Source: Eledone cirrhosa (Eukaryota). Taken from it: a stretch of DNA of 64,000 nt. A program made the translations under genes and the position numbers. Below the pieces are notes generated by a model, which made no database searches, had not been told where the DNA came from, and worked only from the letters and a program-made list of their open reading frames with translations. Below, piece after piece: positions 12,401 through 26,998 of the stretch. The DNA lies in contig OZ024748.1 in assembly GCA_964016885.1 (NCBI GenBank), positions 39,246,001-39,310,000 on the forward strand, given 5' to 3'. How positions within the stretch are numbered: the first letter of the stretch is position 1; every line of letters begins with the position of its first letter.

Positions 12401-13790
12401 AAGACAATGTCTATGTCATTAACCCTTTCATTACCATATTTCTAATAAAAGTCACTGTCTATGTCATTAACCCTTTCATTACCATATTTCTAATGAAAGT
12501 CACTGTCTATTGTCATTAACCCTTTCATTACCATATTTCTAATGAAAGACACATTCTATGTCATTAATCCTTTCATTACCATATTTCTAATGGAAGTCAC
12601 TGTCTATGTCATTAACCCTTTCATTACCATATTTCTAATGAAAGTCACTGTCTATGTCATTAACCCTTTCATTACCATATTTCTAATGAAAGACAATGTC
12701 TATTTCATTAACCCTTTCATTACCATATTTTTAATGAAAGACACTGTCTATGTCATTAACCCTTTCATTACCATATTTCTAATGAAAGACACTGTCTATG
12801 TCATTAACCCTTTCATTACCATATTTCTAATGAAAGTCACTATCTATGTCATTAACCCTTTCATTACCATATTTCTAATGAAAGTCACTGTCTATTTCAT
12901 TAACCCTTTCATTACCATATTTCTAATGAAGGACACTGTCTATGTCATTAACCCTTTCATTACCATATTTCTAATGAAAGACACTGTCTATGTCATTAAC
13001 CCTTTCATTACCATATTTCTAATAAAAGTCACTGTCTATGTCATTAACCCTTTCATTACCATATTTCTAATGAAAGTCACTGTCTATGTCATTAACCCTT
13101 TCATTACCATATTTCTAATGAAAGACACATTCTATGTCATTAATCCTTTCATTACCATATTTCTAATGGAAGTCACTGTCTATGTCATTAACCCTTTCAT
13201 TACCATATTTCTAATGAAAGTCACTGTCTATTTCATTAACCCATTCATTACCATATTTCTAATGAAAGACACTGTCTATGTCATTAACCCTTTCATTACC
13301 ATATTTCTAATGAAAGACACTGTCTATGTCATTAACCCTTTCATTACCATATTTCTAATAAAAGTCACTGTCTATGTAATTAACCCTTTCATTACCATAT
13401 TTCTAATGAAAGTCACTGTCTATGTCATTAACCCTTTCATTACCATATTTCTAATGAAAGACACATTCTATGTCATTAATCCTTTCATTAACATATTTCT
13501 AATGAAAGTCATTGTCTATGTCATTAACCCTTTCATTACCATATTTCTAATGAAAGTCACTGTCTATTTCATTAACCCTTTCATTACCATATTTCTAATG
13601 AAAGACACTGTCTATGTCATTAACCCTTTCATTACCATATTTCTAATGAAAGACACTGTCTATGTCATTAACCCTTTCATTACCATATTTCTAATAAAAG
13701 TCACTGTCTATGTGATTAACCCTTTCATTACCATATTTCTAATGAAAGTCACTGTCTATTGTCATTAACCCTTTCATTACCATATTTCTA

Positions 13791-15480
13791 ATGAAAGACA
13801 CATTCTATGTCATTAATCCTTTCATTACCATATTTCTAATGGAAGTCACTGTCTATGTCATTAACCCTTTCATTACCATATTTCTAATGAAAGTCACTGT
13901 CTATGTCATTAACCCTTTCATTACCATATTTCTAATGAAAGTCACTGTCTATGTCATTAACCCTTTCATTACCATATGTCTAATGAAAAACACAGTCTAT
14001 GTCATTAATCCTTTCATTACCATATTTCTAATGAAAGTCACTGTCTATGTCATTAACCCTTTCATTTCCATATTTCTAATGAAAGACACATTCTATGTCA
14101 TTAATCCTTTCATTACCATATTTCTAATGGAAGTGACTGTCTATGTCATTAACCCTTGCATTACCATATTTCTAATGAAAGTCACTGTCTATGTCATCAA
14201 CCCTTTCATTACCATATTTCTAATGAAAGTCACTGTCTATGTCATTAACCCTTTCATTACCATATTTCTAATGAAAGACACAGTCTATGTCATTAATCCT
14301 TTCATTACCATATTTCTAATGAAAGTCACTGTCTATGTCATTAACCCTTTCATTACCATATTTCTCATGAAAGACACTGTTTATGTGATTAACCCTGTCA
14401 TTACCATATTTCTAATGAAAGTTACTGTCTATGTCAGTAACCCTGTCATTACCATATTTCTAATGAAAGTCACTGTCTATGTCATTAACCCTTTCATTAC
14501 CATATTTCTAATGAAAGACACTGTCTATGTGATTAACCCTGTCGTTACCATATTTCTAATGAAAGTTACTGTCTATGTCATTAACCCTTTCATTACGATA
14601 TTTCTAATAAAAGTCACTGTCTATGTGATTAACCCTTTCATTACCATATTTCTAATGAAAGTCACTGTCTATTGTCATTAACCCTTTCATTACCATATTT
14701 CTAATGAAAGACACATTCTATGTCATTAATCCTTTCATTACCATATTTCTAATGGAAGTCACTGTCTATGTCATTAACCCTTTCATTACCATATTTCTAA
14801 TGAAAGTCACTGTCTATGTCATTAACCCTTTCATTACCATATTTCTAATGAAAGTCACTGTCTATGTCATTAACCCTTTCATTACCATATGTCTAATGAA
14901 AAACACAGTCTATGTCATTAATCCTTTCATTACCATATTTCTAATGAAAGTCACTGTCTATGTCATTAACCCTTTCATTACCATATTTCTAATGAAAGAC
15001 ACATTCTATGTCATTAATCCTTTCATTACCATATTTCTAATGGAAGTGACTGTCTATGTCATTAACCCTTTCATTACCATATTTCTAATGAAAGTCACTG
15101 TCTATGTCATCAACCCTTTCATTACCATATTTCTAATGAAAGTCACTGTCTATGTCATTAACCCTTTCATTACCATATTTCTAATGAAAGACACAGTCTA
15201 TGTCATTAATCCTTTCATTACCATATTTCTAATGAAAGTCACTGTCTATGTCATTAACCCTTTCATTACCATATTTCTCATGAAAGACACTGTTTATGTG
15301 ATTAACCCTGTCATTACCATATTTCTAATGAAAGTTACTGTCTATGTCAGTAACCCTGTCATTACCATATTTCTAATGAAAGTCACTGTCTATGTCATTA
15401 ACCCTTTCATTACCATATTTCTAATGAAAGACACTGTCTATGTGATTAACCCTGTCGTTACCATATTTCTAATGAAAGTT
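13791..15480. repeat. Tandem block duplication, offset 913 bp (19 monomers + 1 bp)
   Basis: ORFs 13791.. and 14704.. share variant order: ATATGTCTA/AAAAACACA, GAAGTGACT, ATCAACCC (14196, 15109), TTTCTCATG and GTCGTTACC. Confidence 0.8.
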
Positions 15481-18400
15481 ACTGTCTATGTCAGTAACCC
15501 TGTCATTACCATATTTCTAATGAAAGACACTGTCTATGTCATTAACCCTTTCATTACCATATTTCTAATGAAAGTCACTATCTATGTCATTAAACCTTTC
15601 ATTACCATATTTCTAATGAAAGTCACTGTCTATTTCATTAACCCTTTCATTATCATATTTCTAATGAAGGACACTGTCTATGTCATTAACCCTTTCATTA
15701 CCATATTTCTAATGAAAGACACTGTCTATGTCATTAACCCTTTCATTACCATATTTCTAATAAAAGTCACTGTCTATGTCATTAACCCTTTCATTACCAT
15801 ATTTCTAATGAAAGTCAATGTCTATGTCATTAACCCTTTCATTACCATATTTCTAATGAAAGACACATTCTATGTCATTAATCCTTTCATTACCATATTT
15901 CTAATGGAAGTCACTGTCTATGTCATTAACCCTTTCATTACCATATTTCTAATGAAAGTCACTTTCTATTTCATTAACCCACTCATTACCATATTTCTAA
16001 TGAAAGACACTCTCGATGTCATTAACCCTTTCATTACCATATTTCTAATGAAAGTCACTGTCTATGTCATTAACCCATTCATTACCATATTTCTAATGAA
16101 AGACACTGTCGATGTCATTAACCCTTTCATTACCATATTTCTAATGAAAGTCACTGTCTATGTCATTAACCCTTTCATTACCATATTTCTAATGAAAGTC
16201 ACTTTCTATTTCATTAACCCATTCATTACCATATTTCTAATGAAAGACACTGTCGATGTCATTAACCCTTTCATTACCATATTTCTAATGAAAGTCACTG
16301 TCTATGTCATTAACCCTTTCATTACCATATTTCTAATGAAAGACACAGTCTATGTCATTAATCCTTTCATTACCATATTTCTAATGAAAGTCACTGTCTA
16401 TGTCATTAACCCTTTCATTACCATATTTCTAATGAAAGACACTGTCTATGTGATTAACCCTGTCATTACCATATTTCTAATGAAAGTTACTGTCTATGTC
16501 AGTAAACCTGTCATTACCATATTTCTAATGAAAGTCACTGTCTATGTCATTAACCCTTTCATTACCATATTTCTAATGAAAGACACTGTCTATTTCATTA
16601 ACCCCTTCATTACCATATTTCTAATGAAAGACACTGTCTATGTCATTAACCCTTTCATTACCATATTTCTAATGAAAGACACTGTCTATGTCATTAACCC
16701 TTTCATTACCATATTTCTAATGAAAGACACTGTCTATGTCATTAACCCTTTCATTACCATATTTCTAATGAAAGACACTGTCTATGTCATTAACCCTTTC
16801 ATTACCATATTTCTAATGAAAGTCACTGTCTATGTCATTAACCCTTTCATTACCATATTTCTAATGAAAGTCATTGTCTATGTCATTAACCCTTTCATTA
16901 CCATATTTCTAATGAAAGTCACTGTCTATTTCATTAACCCTTTCATTACCATATTTCTAATGAAAGACACTGTCTATGTCATTAACCCTTTCATTACCAT
17001 ATTTCTAATGAAAGACACTGTCTATGTCATTAACCCTTTCATTACCATATTTCTAATAAAAGTCACTGTCTATGTGATTAACCCTTTCATTACCATATTT
17101 CTAATGAAAGTCACTGTCTATTGTCATTAACCCTTTCATTACCATATTTCTAATGAAAGACACATTCTATGTCATTAATCCTTTCATTACCATATTTCTA
17201 ATGGAAGTCACTGTTTATGTCATTAACCCTTTCATTACCATATTTCTAATGAAAGTCACTGTCTATGTCATTAACCCTTTCATTACCATATTTCTAATGA
17301 AAGTCACTGTCTATGTCATTAACCCTTTCATTTCATATGTCTAATGAAAAACACAGTCTATGTCATTAATCCTTTCATTACCATATTTCTAATGAAAGTC
17401 ACTGTCTATGTCATTACCCCTTTCATTACCATATTTCTAATAAAAGTCACTGTCTATGTCATTAACCCTTTCATTACCATATTTCTAATGAAAGTCACTG
17501 TCTATGTCATTAACCCTTTCATTACCATATTTCTAATGAAAGACACATTCTATGTCATTAATCCTTTCATTACCATATTTCTAATGGAAGTGACTGTCTA
17601 TGTCATTAACCCTTTCATTACCATATTTCTAATGAAAGTCACTGTCTATGTCATTATCCCTTTCATTACCATATTTCTAATGAAAGTCACTGTCTATGTC
17701 ATTAACCCTTTCATTACCATATTTCTAATGAAAGACACAGTCTATGTCATTAATCCTTTCATTACCATATTTCTAATGAAAGTCACTGTCTATGTCATTA
17801 ACCCTTTCATTACCATATTTCTAATGAAAGACACTGTCTATGTGATTAACCCTGTCATTACCATATTTCTAATGAAAGTCACTGTCTATGTCATTAACCC
17901 TTTCATTACCATATTTCTAATGAAAGACACTGCCTATTTCATTAACCCCTTCATTACCATATTTCTAATGAAAGACACTGTCTATGTCATTAACCCTTTC
18001 ATTACCATATTTCTAATGAAAGACACTGTCTATGTCATTAACCCTATCATTACCATATTTCTAATGAAAGTCACTGTCTATGTCATTAACCCTTTCATTA
18101 CCATATTTCTAATGAAAGACACTGTCTATGTCATTAACCCTTTCATTACCATATTTCTAATGAAAGTCACTGTCTATGTCATTAACCCTTTCATTACCAT
18201 ATTTGTAATGAAAGTCACTGTCTATTTCATTAACCCTTTCATTACCATATTTCTAATGAAAGACACTGTCTATGTCATTAACCCTTTCATTACCATATTT
18301 CTAATGAAAGACAATGTCTATGTCATTAACCCTTTCATTACCATATTTCTAATAAAAGTCACTGTCTATGTCATTAACCCTTTCATTACCATATTTCTAA

Positions 18401-21400
18401 TGAAAGTCACTGTCTATTGTCATTAACCCTTTCATTACCATATTTCTAATGAAAGACACATTCTATGTCATTAATCCTTTCATTACCATATTTCTAATGG
18501 AAGTCACTGTCTATGTCATTAACCCTTTCATTACCATATTTCTAATGAAAGTCACTGTCTATGTCATTAACCCTTTCATTACCATATTTCTAATGAAAGA
18601 CAATGTCTATTTCATTAACCCTTTCATTACCATATTTTTAATGAAAGACACTGTCTATGTCATTAACCCTTTCATTACCATATTTCTAATGAAAGACACT
18701 GTCTATGTCATTAACCCTTTCATTACCATATTTCTAATGAAAGTCACTATCTATGTCATTAACCCTTTCATTACCATATTTCTAATGAAAGTCACTGTCT
18801 ATTTCATTAACCCTTTCATTACCATATTTCTAATGAAGGACACTGTCTATGTCATTAACCCTTTCATTACCATATTTCTAATGAAAGACACTGTCTATGT
18901 CATTAACCCTTTCATTACCATATTTCTAATAAAAGTCACTGTCTATGTCATTAACCCTTTCATTACCATATTTCTAATGAAAGTCACTGTCTATGTCATT
19001 AACCCTTTCATTACCATATTTCTAATGAAAGACACATTCTATGTCATTAATCCTTTCATTACCATATTTCTAATGGAAGTCACTGTCTATGTCATTAACC
19101 CTTTCATTACCATATTTCTAATGAAAGTCACTGTCTATTTCATTAACCCATTCATTACCATATTTCTAATGAAAGACACTGTCTATGTCATTAACCCTTT
19201 CATTACCATATTTCTAATGAAAGTCACTGTCTATGTCATTAACCCTTTCATTACCATATTTCTAATGAAAGACACTGTCTATGTCATTAACCCTTTCATT
19301 ACCATATTTCTAATAAAAGTCACTGTCTATGTAATTAACCCTTTCATTACCATATTTCTAATGAAAGTCACTGTCTATGTCATTAACCCTTTCATTACCA
19401 TATTTCTAATGAAAGACACATTCTATGTCATTAATCCTTTCATTAACATATTTCTAATGAAAGTCATTGTCTATGTCATTAACCCTTTCATTACCATATT
19501 TCTAATGAAAGTCACTGTCTATTTCATTAACCCTTTCATTACCATATTTCTAATGAAAGACACTGTCTATGTCATTAACCCTTTCATTACCATATTTCTA
19601 ATGAAAGACACTGTCTATGTCATTAACCCTTTCATTACCATATTTCTAATAAAAGTCACTGTCTATGTGATTAACCCTTTCATTACCATATTTCTAATGA
19701 AAGTCACTGTCTATTGTCATTAACCCTTTCATTACCATATTTCTAATGAAAGACACATTCTATGTCATTAATCCTTTCATTACCATATTTCTAATGGAAG
19801 TCACTGTCTATGTCATTAACCCTTTCATTACCATATTTCTAATGAAAGTCACTGTCTATGTCATTAACCCTTTCATTACCATATGTCTAATGAAAAACAC
19901 AGTCTATGTCATTAATCCTTTCATTACCATATTTCTAATGAAAGTCACTGTCTATGTCATTAACCCTTTCATTACCATATTTCTAATGAAAGACACATTC
20001 TATGTCATTAATCCTTTCATTACCATATTTCTAATGGAAGTGACTGTCTATGTCATTAACCCTTTCATTACCATATTTCTAATGAAAGTCACTGTCTATG
20101 TCATTAACCCTTTCATTACCATATTTCTAATGAAAGTCACTGTCTATGTCATTAACCCTTTCATTACCATATTTCTAATGAAAGACACAGTCTATGTCAT
20201 TAATCCTTTCATTACCATATTTCTAATGAAAGTCACTGTCTATGTCATTAACCCTTTCATTACCATATTTCTAATGAAAGACACTGTCTATGTGATTAAC
20301 CCTGTCATTACCATATTTCTAATGAAAGTCACTGTCTATGTCATTAACCCTTTCATTACCATATTTCTAATGAAAGACACTGTCTATTTCATTAACCCCT
20401 TCATTACCATATTTCTAATGAAAGACACTGTCTATGTCATTAACCCTTTCATTACCATATTTCTAATGAAAGACACTGTCTATGTCATTAACCCTATCAT
20501 TACCATATTTCTAATGAAAGTCACTGTCTATGTCATTAACCCTTTCATTACCATATTTCTAATGAAAGACAATGTCTATGTCATTAACCCTTTCATTACC
20601 ATATTTCTAATAAAAGTCACTGTCTATGTCATTAACCCTTTCATTACCATATTTCTAATGAAAGTCACTGTCTATTGTCATTAACCCTTTCATTACCATA
20701 TTTCTAATGAAAGACACATTCTATGTCATTAATCCTTTCATTACCATATTTCTAATGGAAGTCACTGTCTATGTCATTAACCCTTTCATTACCATATTTC
20801 TAATGAAAGTCACTGTCTATGTCATTAACCCTTTCATTACCATATTTCTAATGAAAGACAATGTCTATTTCATTAACCCTTTCATTACCATATTTTTAAT
20901 GAAAGACACTGTCTATGTCATTAACCCTTTCATTACCATATTTCTAATGAAAGACACTGTCTATGTCATTAACCCTTTCATTACCATATTTCTAATGAAA
21001 GTCACTAACTATGTCATTAACCCTTTCATTACCATATTTCTAATGAAAGTCACTGTCTATTTCATTAACCCTTTCATTACCATATTTCTAATGAAGGACA
21101 CTGTCTATGTCATTAACCCTTTCATTACCATATTTCTAATGAAAGACACTGTCTATGTCATTAACCCTTTCATTACCATATTTCTAATAAAAGTCACTGT
21201 CTATGTCATTAACCCTTTCATTACCATATTTCTAATGAAAGTCACTGTCTATGTCATTAACCCTTTCATTACCATATTTCTAATGAAAGACACATTCTAT
21301 GTCATTAATCCTTTCATTACCATATTTCTAATGGAAGTCACTGTCTATGTCATTAACCCTTTCATTACCATATTTCTAATGAAAGTCACTGTCTATTTCA

Positions 21401-23969
21401 TTAACCCATTCATTACCATATTTCTAATGAAAGACACTGTCTATGTCATTAACCCTTTCATTACCATATTTCTAATGAAAGTCACTGTCTATGTCATTAA
21501 CCCTTTCATTACCATATTTCTAATGAAAGACACTGTCTATGTCATTAACCCTTTCATTACCATATTTCTAATAAAAGTCACTGTCTATGTAATTAACCCT
21601 TTCATTACCATATTTCTAATGAAAGTCACTGTCTATGTCATTAACCCTTTCATTACCATATTTCTAATGAAAGACACATTCTATGTCATTAATCCTTTCA
21701 TTAACATATTTCTAATGAAAGTCATTGTCTATGTCATTAACCCTTTCATTACCATATTTCTAATGAAAGTCACTGTCTATTTCATTAACCCTTTCATTAC
21801 CATATTTCTAATGAAAGACACTGTCTATGTCATTAACCCTTTCATTACCATATTTCTAATAAAAGACACTGTCTATGTCATTAACCCTTTCATTACCATA
21901 TTTCTAATAAAAGTCACTGTCTATGTGATTAACCCTTTCATTACCATATTTCTAATGAAAGTCACTGTCTATTGTCATTAACCCTTTCATTACCATATTT
22001 CTAATGAAAGACACATTCTATGTCATTAATCCTTTCATTACCATATTTCTAATGGAAGTCACTGTCTATGTCATTAACCCTTTCATTACCATATTTCTAA
22101 TGAAAGTCACTGTCTATGTCATTAACCCTTTCATTACCATATTTCTAATGAAAGTCACTGTCTATGTCATTAACCCTTTCATTACCATATGTCTAATGAA
22201 AAACACAGTCTATGTCATTAATCCTTTCATTACCATATTTCTAATGAAAGTCACTGTCTATGTCATTACCCCTTTCATTACCATATTTCTAATAAAAGTC
22301 ACTGTCTATGTCATTAACCCTTTCATTACCATATTTCTAATGAAAGTCACTGTCTATGTCATTAACCCTTTCATTACCATATTTCTAATGAAAGACACAT
22401 TCTATGTCATTAATCCTTTCATTACCATATTTCTAATGGAAGTGACTGTCTATGTCATTAACCCTTTCATTACCATATTTCTAATGAAAGTCACTGTCTA
22501 TGTCATTAACCCTTTCATTACCATATTTCTAATGAAAGTCACTGTCTATGTCATTAACCCTTTCATTACCATATTTCTAATGAAAGACACAGTCTATGTC
22601 ATTAATCCCTTCATTACCATATTTCTAATGAAAGTCACTGTCTATGTCATTAACCCTTTCATTACCATATTTCTAATGAAAGACACTGTCTATGTGATTA
22701 ACCCTGTCATTACCATATTTCTAATGAAAGTTACTGTCTATGTCAGTAAACCTGTCATTACCATATTTCTAATGAAAGTCACTGTCTATGTCATTAACCC
22801 TTTCATTACCATATTTCTAATGAAAGACACTGTCTATTTCATTAACCCCTTCATTACCATATTTCTAATGAAAGACACTGTCTATGTCATTAACCCTTTC
22901 ATTACCATATTTCTAATGAAAGACACTGTCTATGTCATTAACCCTATCATTACCATATTTCTAATGAAAGTCACTGTCTATGTCATTAACCCTTTCATTA
23001 CCATATTTCTAATGAAAGACACTGTCTATGTCATTAACCCTTTCATTACCATATTTCTAATGAAAGTCACTGTCTATGTCATTAACCCTTTCATTACCAT
23101 ATTTGTAATGAAAGTCACTGTCTATTTCATTAACCCTTTCATTACCATATTTCTAATGAAAGACACTGTCTATGTCATTAACCCTTTCATTACCATATTT
23201 CTAATGAAAGACAATGTCTATGTCATTAACCCTTTCATTACCATATTTCTAATAAAAGTCACTGTCTATGTCATTAACCCTTTCATTACCATATTTCTAA
23301 TGAAAGTCACTGTCTATTGTCATTAACCCTTTCATTACCATATTTCTAATGAAAGACACATTCTATGTCATTAATCCTTTCATTACCATATTTCTAATGG
23401 AAGTCACTGTCTATGTCATTAACCCTTTCATTACCATATTTCTAATGAAAGTCACTGTCTATGTCATTAACCCTTTCATTACCATATTTCTAATGAAAGT
23501 CACTGTCTATGTCATTAACCCTTTCATTACCATATTTCTAATGAAAGACACATTCTATGTCATTAATCCTTTCATTACCATATTTCTAATGGAAGTCACT
23601 GTCTATGTCATTAACCCTTTCATTACCATATTTCTAATGAAAGTCACTGTCTATTTCATTAACCCATTCATTACCATATTTCTAATGAAAGACACTGTCT
23701 ATGTCATTAACCCTTTCATTACCATATTTCTAATGAAAGTCACTGTCTATGTCATTAACCCTTTCATTACCATATTTCTAATGAAAGACACTGTCTATGT
23801 CATTAACCCTTTCATTACCATATTTCTAATAAAAGTCACTGTCTATGTAATTAACCCTTTCATTACCATATTTCTAATGAAAGTCACTGTCTATGTCATT
23901 AACCCTTTCATTACCATATTTCTAATGAAAGACACATTCTATGTCATTAATCCTTTCATTAACATATTT

Positions 23970-25990
23970 CTAATGGAAGTCACTGTCTATGTCATTAACC
24001 CTTTCATTACCATATTTCTAATGAAAGTCACTGTCTATGTCATTAACCCTTTCATTACCATATTTCTAATGAAAGTCACTGTCTATGTCATTAACCCTTT
24101 CAATACCATATTTCTAATGAAAGACACAGTCTATGTCATTAATCCTTTCATTACCATATTTCTAATGAAAGTCACTGTCTATGTCATTAACCCTTTCATT
24201 ACCATATTTCTAATGAAAGACACTGTCTATGTGATTAACCCTGTCATTACCATATTTCTAATGAAAGTTACTGTCTATGTCAGTAAACCTGTCATTACCA
24301 TATTTCTAATGAAAGTCACTGTCTATGTCATTAACCCTTTCATTACCATATTTCTAATGAAAGACACTGTCTATTTCATTAACCCCTTCATTACCATATT
24401 TCTAATGAAAGACACTGTCTATGTCATTAACCCTTTCATTACCATATTTCTAATGAAAGACACTGTCTATGTCATTAACCCTTTCATTACCATATTTCTA
24501 ATGAAAGACACTGTCTATGTCATTAACCCTTTCATTACCATATTTCTAATGAAAGACACTGTCTATGTCATTAACCCTTTCATTACCATACTTCTAATGA
24601 AAGTCACTGTCTATGTCATTAACCCTTTCATTACCATATTTCTAATGAAAGTCATTGTCTATGTCATTAACCCTTTCATTACCATATTTCTAATGAAAGT
24701 CACTGTCTATTTCATTAACCCTTTCATTACCATATTTCTAATGAAAGACACTGTCTATGTCATTAACCCTTTCATTACCATATTTCTAATGAAAGACACT
24801 GTCTATGTCTTTAACCCTTTCATTACCATATTTCTAATAAAAGTCACTGTCTATGTCATTAACCCTTTCATTACCATATTTCTAATGAAAGTCACTGTCT
24901 ATTGTCATTAACCCTTTCATTACCATATTTCTAATGAAAGACACATTCTATGTCATTAATCCTTTCATTACCATATTTCTAATGGAAGTCACTGTCTATG
25001 TCATTAACCCTTTCATTACCATATTTCTAATGAAAGTCACTGTCTATGTCATTAACCCTTTCATTACCATATTTCTAATGAAAGTCACTGTCTATGTCAT
25101 TAACCCTTTCAATACCATATTTCTAATGAAAGACACAGTCTATGTCATTAATCCTTTCATTACCATATTTCTAATGAAAGTCACTGTCTATGTCATTAAC
25201 CCTTTCATTACCATATTTCTAATGAAAGACACTGTCTATGTGATTAACCCTGTCATTACCATATTTCTAATGAAAGTTACTGTCTATGTCAGTAAACCTG
25301 TCATTACCATATTTCTAATGAAAGTCACTGTCTATGTCATTAACCCTTTCATTACCATATTTCTAATGAAAGACACTGTCTATTTCATTAACCCCTTCAT
25401 TACCATATTTCTAATGAAAGACACTGTCTATGTCATTAACCCTTTCATTACCATATTTCTAATGAAAGACACTGTCTATGTCATTAACCCTTTCATTACC
25501 ATATTTCTAATGAAAGACACTGTCTATGTCATTAACCCTTTCATTACCATATTTCTAATGAAAGACACTGTCTATGTCATTAACCCTTTCATTACCATAC
25601 TTCTAATGAAAGTCACTGTCTATGTCATTAACCCTTTCATTACCATATTTCTAATGAAAGTCATTGTCTATGTCATTAACCCTTTCATTACCATATTTCT
25701 AATGAAAGTCACTGTCTATTTCATTAACCCTTTCATTACCATATTTCTAATGAAAGACACTGTCTATGTCATTAACCCTTTCATTACCATATTTCTAATG
25801 AAAGACACTGTCTATGTCTTTAACCCTTTCATTACCATATTTCTAATAAAAGTCACTGTCTATGTCATTAACCCTTTCATTACCATATTTCTAATGAAAG
25901 TCACTGTCTATTGTCATTAACCCTTTCATTACCATATTTCTAATGAAAGACACATTCTATGTCATTAATCCTTTCATTACCATATTTCTA
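23970..25990. repeat. Tandem block duplication, offset 1,009 bp (21 monomers + 1 bp)
   Basis: Private variants recur at offset 1,009: TTCAATACC (~24099, ~25108), ATACTTCTA (~24588, ~25597) and GTCTTTAAC (~24807, ~25816). The ORF ends at 24911 and 25920 have the same offset. Confidence 0.85.
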
Positions 25991-26998
25991 ATGGAAGTCA
26001 CTGTCTATGTCATTAACCCTTTCATTACCATATTTCTAATGAAAGTCACTGTCTATGTCATTAACCCTTTCATTACCATATTTCTAATGAAAGTCACTGT
26101 CTATGTCATTAACCCTTTCATTACCATATGTCTAATGAAAAACACAGTCTATGTCATTAATCCTTTCATTACCATATTTCTAATGAAAGTCACTGTCTAT
26201 GTCATTACCCCTTTCATTACCATATTTCTAATAAATTCACTGTCTATGTCATTAACCCTTTCATTACCATATTTCTAATGAAAGTCACTGTCTATGTCAT
26301 TAACCCTTTCATTACCATATTTCTAATGAAAGACACAGTCTATGTCATTAATCCTTTCATTACCATATTTCTAATGAAAGTCACTGTCTATGTCATTAAC
26401 CCTTTCATTACCATATTTCTAATGAAAGACACTGTCTATGTGATTAACCCTGTCATTACCATATTTCTAATGAAAGTTACTGTCTATGTCAGTAAACCTG
26501 TCATTACCATATTTCTAATGAAAGTCACTGTCTATGTCATTAACCCTTTCATTACCATATTTCTAATGAAAGACACTGTCTATTTCATTAACCCCTTCAT
26601 TACCATATTTCTAATGAAAGACACTGTCTATGTCATTAACCCTTTCATTACCATATTTCTAATGAAAGACACTGTCTATGTCATTAACCCTTTCATTACC
26701 ATATTTCTAATGAAAGTCACTGTCTATGTCATTAACCCTTTCATTACCATATTTGTAATGAAAGTCACTGTCTATTTCATTAACCCTTTCATTACCATAT
26801 TTCTAATGAAAGACACTGTCTATGTCATTAACCCTTTCATTACCATATTTCTAATGAAAGACAATGTCTATGTCATTAACCCTTTCATTACCATATTTCT
26901 AATAAAAGTCACTGTCTATGTCATTAACCCTTTCATTACCATATTTCTAATGAAAGTCACTGTCTATTGTCATTAACCCTTTCATTACCATATTTCTA

